From NCBI GenBank assembly GCA_029261775.1, contig JAJDAR010000082.1, positions 20,215 through 84,214 on the forward strand: a stretch of 64,000 nucleotides of DNA, given 5' to 3'. This stretch comes from Deltaproteobacteria bacterium (GTDB lineage: Bacteria > Myxococcota_A > UBA9160 > UBA6930). The first letter of the stretch is position 1. Each line of letters starts with the position of its first letter. Both the position numbers and the translations under genes were made by a program. The notes beneath the pieces were generated by a model. It saw only the letters and a list, made by a program, of their open reading frames with translations. It was not told the origin of the DNA and did no database searches. Below, in pieces: positions 53,512-63,500 of this stretch.

Positions 53512-53732
53512 GAGTTGTCCTCTCAGGGGAGAATGGATGGATTCGATGCCCGCGGGCCGGTTGGGGTTCCCGCGGGATACGGCATTCAGGTGAGTGCATG
53601 GCCGGGGCGAAACGTGACGCCCGGCGAGTGGTTCTGGGCCCCGCTGCAACCTCGGGGCTGGGGAGGATATCCCAGGGCGGCGGCCCCTCGCAGGGGGTCG
53701 AAACGCCGCGCCCGACCGCCCGAAGACGGCCG

Positions 53733-54551
53733 CTAGGGCCCGGGGGTCCCGTTCACGAAGCCGGGCAGGAAGAGGTTGAAGTCCGAGATCCCGACGGAGC
53801 CGTCCCCGTTCATGTCCGTCCCGACACCGCTGTCCACCGTCGACTGGAAGTCCGGCAGGAAGAGGTTGAAGTCCGAGATCGAGCAGAAGCCGTCGTTGTC
53901 GAAATCGCAGTCGCAGACGTTGCCGTAGCCGTCGCCATCGCGGTCGAACTGACCGGGGTTCGGAACGCCCTCGCAGTTGTCCGAGCAGCCGAGGGTCTGG
54001 CCGGTCGCACAGCGCGGCAGGGCCGGGTTGGTCGGGATGCCGTCGCCGTCGTCGTTGACGACGACCGAGCCGGACTGGGCGAGGGCCGGCAGCGAGCTGC
54101 CCGAGGGAGAGGCGGCACCGGCCTTGCCGGCCAGCGGCCAGGTGCCCGACGGGCCGCCCGCGGGCGCCGTGAAGGTGCAGGTCGCGACCGTGCCGTCTGG
54201 AATCGAGTTGTTGTTCAGGCCGAAGATCCCGAGCCGCAAGAGGCCGCTCGCCGGGGTCGTCTGGGTCAAATCCTTGCCGGCAGGGCTGCCGGGGCCGATC
54301 GCCGCAGCGATCACACAGGTCGGGTTCGGGTCGAGGGCCGACGGGTCGAAGCGGATCTCGAGAGACAGGGCCGACACCTGCTCTCCCGGGCTCGCGAGCA
54401 TCGAGATCGGGATGGTGGCGTCCTCGCCGGAGCCGATCAGATCGGAGCCGATCAGCAGGTCCACCGCAGCGGCCCCGGCCGGCGCGGCGAGCAGGCCGAG
54501 CACCAGGAGCGCGGAAAGGACTCGGGATCGCGAAGCGTTCATCAAATCCAT
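53733..54551 (-). CDS. secreted cohesin-like / TSP3-like / dockerin-like protein
   Basis: 272 aa from MDLMNASRSRVLSALLVLGLLAAPAGAAA (signal peptide). Cohesin-like beta domain (ATIPISML...LSLEIRFDPSALD...TCTFTAPAG), a Ca-binding FDRDGDGYGNVCD, and two EF-hand loops DFDNDGFCSISD and DMNGDGSVGISD, each followed by FNLFLP. Confidence 0.7.
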   Translation of the reverse strand: MDLMNASRSRVLSALLVLGLLAAPAGAAAVDLLIGSDLIGSGEDATIPISMLASPGEQVSALSLEIRFDPSALDPNPTCVIAAAIGPGSPAGKDLTQTTPASGLLRLGIFGLNNNSIPDGTVATCTFTAPAGGPSGTWPLAGKAGAASPSGSSLPALAQSGSVVVNDDGDGIPTNPALPRCATGQTLGCSDNCEGVPNPGQFDRDGDGYGNVCDCDFDNDGFCSISDFNLFLPDFQSTVDSGVGTDMNGDGSVGISDFNLFLPGFVNGTPGP

Positions 54552-54555
54552 TCCC

Positions 54556-57500
54556 TCAGAAGCCCAGGTGGTTGTTGATGGTGAGCTGGACTTCCGCCGC
54601 ATCGACCACGCCGTCGGCCGAGGCGTCCGCGGCGGGGCAGCTCGCGAGGACGTCGATGCCGGCGAAGATGTTGATCACCAGCTGGACCTCGGCAATCGAG
54701 ACACCGCCCTGGCCGTCGCAGTCGCCCACCAGCCCGGTGGCCGGCGTGGTCCCGCCTGCGCCCAGCACGGCAATGCTGCCGGAGAGCCCGTTGACTGGCA
54801 CCGGCACGCCTGTGGGATCCGAGGCGGTGGCGCCGGTGCCGAGGGCGTAGGTGCCCGGCGCCGCGCTGAGGTCGTAGGAGAAGGTGCAGGTGTAGAGGTC
54901 GCCTTCCGGAATCACCTCGTTGCCGAAGGGATCCGCGATCGCGACCCGCCAGATGCCGCTGCCCTGGGAGCTCTGGGCGAGCGACTTGTTGAAGGTCGTA
55001 CCGGGGCCGATCGCGGGGTTGATCACGCAGACCGGGTTCGCATCGAGCAGCGACTGGTTGAAGAAGAGGTCGTTCGACGTGGCGCTGATCTGCACCAGCG
55101 GATCGATGAAGGAGAGGGTCGCCGTGACCCCTACGTCGGTGCCGGGGTCGCCGATCGCCGAGCCGAGCCCGATCGCGGCCTGCGCGCCGGCCACACAGCT
55201 GTCTCCGAAGCCCTCGTCGATGGCCCCGTTGCAGTTGTTGTCGACCCCGTCGCAGAGCTCGAGCGCACCCGGCAGGATCGCCGGATTGCCGTCGTTGCAG
55301 TCGCCGCCGCAGGTCGTGACGCCGTCGCCATCCGAGTCCACCGACACGCCCTCGTCGACCTGGCAGTCGCAGTCGTTGTCGAGGCCGTCGCAGATCTCCG
55401 GGGCGTACGGGTTCACCAGCGCGTTGGTGTCGTCACAGTCGGGCGGCGAGGTGCAGGCCGTCAGGCCGTCGCCGTCCAGGTCCACGCAGCCGAACTCGTC
55501 TGCACCGACGTCGACGACCGCCATCGCATTCGCCCTGCCGTCCTGCACGCGCGGCTGCTCGTCGATGTCCTCGCTCGGAATGCCCGTGGTCGTGCTGTCG
55601 CCGACGTCCACGAGCGGCGAGGAGGGATCGAGGTGGAGGTCGCCGGGACAGCCGCCCGCGACGAACAGCGGATCCGCCGAGAAGCCGTTGGCACCGGCGG
55701 AGCAGGTGCCGCTGAAGTCGAGCGGCACGTTGTTCCAGACGTTGTTGAAGTCGACGACCGAGGTGGCCGGGGCACCGCAGAAGATGCCCGCGCCCGCCTG
55801 GGAGTCGGCGACGATGTTGTTCGTGATCGTGCCGGTGCAGATCCCGAGGTAGATGCCGCCGCCGCCGATCGTCGCGGCGTTCTGCACCAGGGTGTTGTTG
55901 ACGATCTCCAGGGAGCTCGAGCTCTCGCACCAGACGCCACCGCCGGCCGTCGTCGAGACGTTCGAGTCGAAGAAGTTGCTGGCCACGTTCGCAGGGGTGC
56001 CGCCGCTGCCGGGCACGTTGAGCAGGGCCACACCGCCACCACCGCTCCCCAGCGACATGTTCGAGCTGAATCGGTTGCCGCGCACCCGGATCGAGGCGCT
56101 CTCCATCAGCAGGCCGCCGCCGCCCTGGGCGGTGTTGCCGACGAACTCGTTGCCGACGACCAGCGCCGAGGACTCGAAGCCGTAGAAGCCACCGCCGCGG
56201 CCGCCCGCGTTCACGTTGGTCACGTTGCCGCTGAAGATGTTGTCCTTCAGAGTTGGCGTGCCGGTGTTGACCGCGACGCCACCGCCATGGGTGCCGGCCA
56301 GGTTGCCGTCGATCACATTGTCCTCGAGATCGCTGGTGGCCGCCTTGATGTAGACACCGCCGCCCTGCAGTCGCGACTGGTTGTTCTGGATCGTGTTGCG
56401 GCGCACGTCGATGGTCGTCGCCTCGAGGGCGATGCCACCACCGTTCTGGAGCGAGCGGTTGCCCGCGATCACGTTGTCCTCGATCGTGCCCGTGGCCGCG
56501 AAGACCTTGATCGCCCCTCCGTCGCCGGCGTTGAGGTTGGCGGTCAGCACGTTGTTCTGGATCGCCACCGAGGCGATGTTCACGTCGATGCCGCCGCCGC
56601 TTCCGGCGTTGCTGATCGTGAAGCCGTCCACCGTCTTCTTGCCGCCGCCGAGGCCCAGGGTCAGGGTCGGGGTGCTGCCGCCGCCCTGGATCGTCGTCAC
56701 GCTCGGGCCGCTCGAGCTCTGCAGCGTGAAGCGCTTGCCGGTCAGGGTCAGGTTCTCGAGGTAGAGACCGGGCTCGACGATGATCGCCGCGCTGCTGCCG
56801 CTGGCGCAGTTGATGGCGTCCTGGATCGTCGGGTAGGGCTGGAAGATCGTCCCGCAGCTTCCGCAGGAGACCGGCGTCGGGCAGTTCGAGGTCGGATCCA
56901 CATACAGGGAGTCGGGATCGCAGACGTCGCCGAGCCCGTCGTTGTCGGCGTTCAGCTGCGAGGGGTTGAACTGGAAGGGGCAGTTGTCCACCAGCCCGCA
57001 GATCTCGTCGCCGTCGATGTCGTTGTCGAAGTCACCCGGGCAGGCGTCGCAAGCGTCCGGCGTGCCATCGCCGTCCTGGTCGGCGGTGTCGAGCACGTTC
57101 GAGCAGCCGGCCAAGGCGTCACAGGTGTCGACCGTGCAGGGATCGCCGTCGTCGCAGTTGATCGGCGTGTGGACCTCGCCGAAGTTCGAGTCACAGGAGT
57201 CGGCGGTACAGACGCTGCCGTCGTCCACGTTCAGCGGGGAACCACCCGCGCAGCTTCCACCCTGGCAGGTGTCGCCGGTGGTGCAGGCGTCGCTGTCGAA
57301 GCACGGGAAGCCGTCGATCAGCGGTGAGGGCACGCAGGCGTCGGCTACGTCGTCACAGAGGCCGAAGTTGCACTGATCGCTCGCACTCGAGCAGTCGCGC
57401 GGCGTGCCGGCGATGCACACCTGGGTCACGCAGGTGTCGTTCTCGGTGCAGAAGAAGCCGTCGTCGCAGGCCCCACCGTCCGGGATCGGCGTGGCGAAGC

Positions 57501-60500
57501 ACCCGGTGACCGAGTCGCAGGCATCGGTCGTGCAGGCCTGGCCGTCGTCACAGATGATCGGAGTGCCGGTGCAGGACCCGGTCAGACACTGGTCACCCGA
57601 GGTACAGGCATCGACGTCGGTGCACCCGGTGCCATCGGGCAGGTTCGGGTTGAAGCAGCCCGTGATCGGATCGCAGGAGTCGGTCGTGCAGAGGTTGCCG
57701 TCCGTGCAGTCCAGGAAGGTCAGACCCACGCACTGGCCCACCAGGCAGACGTCGCTGGGGGTACACACGCTGTTGTCGCTGCAGACCGTGCCGTCCTGGA
57801 AGTTGTTGAACTCGCAGGCGTCGTTGGTCTCGTTGCAGAAGCCGACCCGGCAGGAGGTGTCGAGGAAGGTGCAGTCGACCGGCGGGCCGCCGTTGCAGAC
57901 ACCGGCCGTACAGGTGTCGGTGCTGGTGCAGAACAGGTTGTCGTCGCAGCTGCTTCCGTCTGCGATCGGCACGTTCTGGCAGCCGAGGATCGCGTCGCAG
58001 CTGTCCGCGGTGCAGTCGTTGCCGTCGTCGCAGTTGAGGGTCGCACCCGTCTGGCAGACGCCGGCCTGGCAGAGCTCGGTGCCGTTGCAGAGATCGGCAT
58101 CGAGGCAGCTCGTCCCGTCGGTCACGGCCACGTTCTGGCAGCCGAAGACCGCGTCACAGCTGTCGGCCGTACAGGGGTTGCCGTCGTCGCAGTTCACCGC
58201 GCCGCCGCCGCTGCAGATCCCGAGCTGACAGGTCTCGCCGCTGGTGCACGCGTCGCTGTCGTTGCAGATGGTGCCATCGGTCACGGCGACGTTCTGGCAG
58301 CCCAGGATCGCATCGCAGCTGTCTGCCGTGCAGGCGTTGCCATCGTCGCAGTTCAGCGGCAGGCCCGGCACGCAGACGCCGGTGTTGCAGATCTCGGTGC
58401 CGGTGCAGACGTCATTGTCCGAACAGGTGGTGCCGTTCGGCAGCGACACGTTGACGCAGCCGGTGACCGCGTCGCAGGCGTCCGCCGTGCACAGGTTGCC
58501 GTCGTCGCAGTTGAGCGGCGTCGAGCCGGTGCAGACACCGAGCTGGCAGCTGTCCACCGTGGTGCAGGTATTGCTGTCATCGCAGGTCGTGCCGTCGACG
58601 ACCGGAGCATTCGCGCAACCCGTCACCGAGTCGCAGCTGTCGGCGGTGCAGGCGTTGCCGTCGTCGCAGTTCAGCGGCAGGCCCGGCAGGCAGATCCCGC
58701 TCTGGCACAGCTCGTTGCCGGTGCAGACGTCGCCGTCGGAGCAGCTGCTGCCGTCCGGAATCGCGAGGTTCTGGCAGCCGACCACCGCATCGCAGGAGTC
58801 CGCCGTGCAGAGGTTGCCATCGTCGCAGTTCAGCGCCGGGCCGCCCGAACAGGCACCCGCCTGACAGCTGTCGGCCGTGGAGCAGGCGTTGCTGTCGTCG
58901 CAGGTCGTGCCGTCCGTCACGGGGACGTTCTGGCAGCCGAGCACGAGGTCGCAGCTGTCCGCGGTGCACTCGTTGCCGTCGTCGCAGTTCGGACCCACGC
59001 CGCCGGTGCAGGCGCCCACCTGACACGTATCGCCGGTCGTACAGGCATTGCCGTCGTCGCAGCTCGTGCCGTCCGTCACGGCGACGTTCTGGCAGCCCAG
59101 GATCGCGTCGCAGCTGTCCGCCGTGCACTCGTTGCCGTCGTCGCAGTTGGGCGGAGCCCCGCCGGTGCAGGTGCCGGTCTGGCAGCTGTCGGCCGTGGTG
59201 CAGGCGCTGCCGTCGTCGCAGCTGGTGCCGTCCGCGACCGGGACGTTCTGGCAGCCGAGCACCGCGTCGCAGCTGTCTGCCGTACAGGCATTGCCGTCGT
59301 CACAGTTCGGGGCCGTGCCGGGCTGGCAGGCGCCCGCACCATCACAGGTCTCGGCCCCGTTGCAGACGGTCGCATCGTCGCAGGCCGTCCCCGCGCCCAC
59401 GGGCACGTTCTGGCAGCCAAGCACTGCGTCGCAGCTGTCCGCCGTACAGGGATTGCCGTCGTCGCAGTTCGGGGCGGTGCCGGGCTGGCAGGCCCCGCCG
59501 CCGTCGCAGGTCTCGCCGCCATTGCAGAGCGTGGCGTCGTCACAGGCGGTCCCGGCCGCCACGGGCACGTTCTGGCAGCCGAGCACCAGGTCACAGCTGT
59601 CGGCGGTGCACGGGTTGCCGTCGTCGCAGTTCGGGCCGACGCCGCCGGTGCAGGCACCCGCCTGGCAGCTGTCACCCGTGCTGCAGGCGTCGCCGTCGTC
59701 ACAGAGGGTCCCGTCGACGACCGCGACGTTCTGGCAGCCCGAGACCGCGTCGCAGCTGTCGGCCGTGCACTCGTTGCCGTCGTCACAAAGCAGCGGGTTG
59801 CCGCTCACGCAGGTGCCGCCGAGCTGGCAGGTCTCGTCGCCGTTGCAGACGTCGCCGTCGGCGCAGCTGGTGCCGTCGGCGACGGGCACGTTCTGACAGC
59901 CCAGGACCGCATCGCAGCTGTCGGCCGTGCAGGGGTTGCCGTCGTCGCAGTTCAGCGGGTTGCCGCTCACGCAGATCCCGCTCAGCTGGCAGGTCTCGGC
60001 GCCGTTGCAGACGTCGCCGTCGGCGCAGGTGGTGCCGTCCGGGAGGGTCGCGTTCTGGCAGCCGAGGACCGCGTCGCAGCTGTCGGCCGTGCACAGGTTG
60101 CCGTCGTCGCAGTTCGGGGGCGGGCCAGCCTGGCAGGCGCCGGCGCCGTCGCAGGTCTCCCCGCCGTTGCACAGATCGCCGTCGGCGCAGGCCGTGCCGG
60201 CCGAGAGCGGGACGTTCTGGCAGCCGAGGACTGCATCGCAGCTGTCCGCCGTGCAGACGTTGCCGTCGTCGCAGTTGGCGCCGGCCCCGACGCAGGCGCC
60301 CGCCTGGCAGGAATCGCCGCTCGTGCAGACCGTGCCGTCGTCACAGACCGTGCCGTTCGTCACGGGGTTGTTGACGCAGCCCGTGCTCGGATTGCAGCTG
60401 TCGGTGGTGCAGGTCTCGCCGTCGTTGCAGTTGGGGGGCGGACCACCCGAGCACGAGCCGGACTGGCAGGTGTCGGTGGTCGTGCAGAAGCTGCCGTCCT

Positions 60501-63500
60501 CGCAGGAGGTGCCGTTCGCGACCGGGATCGCGTCACAGATGTCGAGGGACTCGTTGCAGACGCCGAGGGTGCACTGGGTGGTCGAGCCCGAGCAGTCGAT
60601 CGGGCCACCACCCTGGCAGGCACCGATCTGACAGGTCTCGCCGGTGGTGCAGAAGAGCCCATCCTCGCAGGAGGTGCCGTCTGCCACGGGCACGTTCTGG
60701 CAGCCCAGGATCGCGTCGCAGCTGTCGGCCGTGCAGGGATCGCCGTCGTCGCAGTTCAGCGGGGGACCGGCGCTGCAGGCGCCCGCCTGGCAGGACTCCG
60801 CACCGTTGCACAGGTCGGCATCGACGCAGCTGGTGCCGTCCGTCACCGGCACGTTCTGGCAGCCCAGGATCGCGTCGCAGCTGTCGGCCGTGCAGGGATT
60901 GCCGTCGTCACAGTTCGGCGCGGTGCCGGGCTGGCAGGTCGCCGCCGCGTCACAGGTCTCACCGCCGTTGCACAGATCGCCGTCCGCGCAGCTCGTTCCC
61001 GCCGCCACCGGCGTGTTCTGGCAGCCCAGCACGAGGTCGCAGCTGTCTGCCGTACACGGGTTGCCGTCGTCGCAGTTCGGACCCACGCCGCCGGTGCAGG
61101 CGCCCACCTGGCAGCTGTCGCCGGTCGTGCAGGAGTTGCCGTCGTCGCAGCTCGTTCCGTCCGCGACGGGCACGTTCTGGCAGCCGAGCACCGCATCGCA
61201 GCTGTCCGCGGTGCACTCGTTGCCGTCGTCACAGAGGAGCGGGTTGCCGCTCACGCAGGTGCCGCCGAGCTGGCAGGTCTCCGCACCGTTGCAGACGTCG
61301 CCGTCGGCGCAGCTCGTGCCATCGGCCACGGGCACGTTCTGGCAGCCCAGGACCGCGTCGCAGCTGTCGGCCGTGCACGGATTGCCGTCGTCGCAGTTCA
61401 GCGCCGTGCCGGGCTGGCAGGCGCCGCCCGCGTCACAGGTCTCGGCGCCGTTGCAGAGCGTCGCGTCGTCGCAGGCGGTTCCGGCGGCGACGGGCACGTT
61501 CTGGCAGCCCAGGACCGCGTCGCAGCTGTCGGCCGTGCACGGATTGCCGTCGTCGCAGTTCGGACCCACGCCGCCGGTGCAGGCCCCCACCTGGCAGCTG
61601 TCGCCGGTCGTGCAGGAGTTGCCGTCGTCGCAGCTCGTTCCGTCCGCGACGGGCACGTTCTGGCAGCCGAGCACCGCATCGCAGCTGTCCGCCGTGCACT
61701 CGTTGCTGTCGTCGCAGTCGAGCGGGTTGCCGCTCACGCAGATCCCGCTCAGCTGACAGGTCTCGTCACCGTTGCAGGCGTCGCCGTCCCCGCAGCTCGT
61801 GCCGTCCGCAACGGGCACGTTCTGACAGCCGAGCACCGCATCGCAGCTGTCGGCCGTGCAGAGGTTGCCGTCGTCGCAGTTCAGCGCGGTGCCGGGCTGA
61901 CAGGCCCCGGCCGCGTCGCAGGTCTCGGCCCCGTTGCAGAGCGTCGCGTCGTCACACGCGGTTCCGGCCGCCACCGGCACGTTCTGGCAGCCGAGGATCG
62001 CGTCGCAGCTGTCCGCCGTGCACGGATTGCCGTCGTCGCAGTTCAGCGCCGTGCCGGCCTGACAGGTTCCACCGGCGTCGCAGGTCTCGGCGCCGTTGCA
62101 AAGGGTCGCGTCATCGCAGGCCGTCCCGGCCGCCACCGGAACACTCTGGCAGCCCAGGATCGCGTCGCAGCTGTCCGCCGTGCACGGGTTGCCGTCGTCG
62201 CAGTTCAGCGCCGTGCCGGCCTGACAAGTTCCGCCCGCGTCGCAGGTCTCGGCGCCGTTGCAGAGGGTCGCATCGTCGCAGGCCGTTCCGGCCGCCACCG
62301 GCGTGTTCTGGCAGCCCAGCACCAGGTCGCAGCTGTCTGCCGTACACGGGTTGCCGTCGTCGCAGTTCGGACCCACCCCGCCGGTGCAGGCGCCCACCTG
62401 GCAGCTGTCGCCGGTCGTGCAGGAGTTGCCGTCGTCGCACGTCGTCCCGTCCGCGACGGGCGCGTTCTGGCAGCCGAGCACCGCATCGCAGCTGTCGGCC
62501 GTGCACTCGTTGCCGTCGTCGCAGTTGATCGGGTTGCCACTCACGCAGATCCCGCTCAGCTGACAGGTCTCGGCACCGTTGCAGACGTCGCCGTCCCCAC
62601 AGCTCGTGCCGTCGGCGAGGGGGACGTTCTGGCAGCCGAGCACCGCGTCGCAGCTGTCGGCCGTGCACGGATTGCCGTCATCGCAGTTCAGCGGCGCGCC
62701 GGAAGAGCACGCACCCGCCTGGCAGCTCTCGGCTCCGTTGCAGAGGTCGGCGTCGGCACAGCTCGTGCCGTTCGTCACCGGGACGTTCTGGCAGCCGAGC
62801 ACCGCATCACAGCTGTCGGCTGTGCAGGGGTTGCTGTCGTCGCAGTTCGCTGCGGTCCCGGTACAGGCTCCTGTCTGGCAGCTGTCCGCCGAGGTGCACA
62901 CGGACCCGTCGTCGCAGGCGGTCCCGTTGGCCACCGGGTTGTTCACACAGCCCGTGCTCGGATTGCAGCTGTCGCTGGTGCAGGTCTCGCCGTCATTGCA
63001 GTTGGGGGGCGAACCGCCCGAGCAGGAGCCCGACTGGCAGGTGTCGGCGGTCGTGCAGAAGCTGCCGTCCTCGCAGCTCGTCCCGTCGGCCACCGGAACG
63101 GCATCACAGAGGTCGGTCGCCTCGTTGCAGACGCCAAGGGTGCACTGGGTAGTCGCGCTCGAGCAGTCGATCGGGCCGCCGCCCTGGCAGGTGCCGGTCT
63201 GGCAGATGTCTCCGGAGGTGCAGAAGAGCCCGTCCTCGCAGGAGGTCCCATCCGCCACCACGACGTTCTGGCAGCCCAGGACCGCATCGCAGCTGTCGGC
63301 CGTGCACGGATTGCCGTCGTCGCAGTTCAGGGCCGTGCCGGTCTGGCAGGTGCCACCCGCGTCGCAGGTCTCGGCGCCGTTGCAGACCGTCGCGTCATCG
63401 CACGCGGTCCCGGCGGCCACCGGCACGTTCTGGCAGCCGAGCACTGCGTCACAGCTGTCCGCGGTGCAGGGATTGCCGTCGTCGCACGCGAGAGGCGTCC

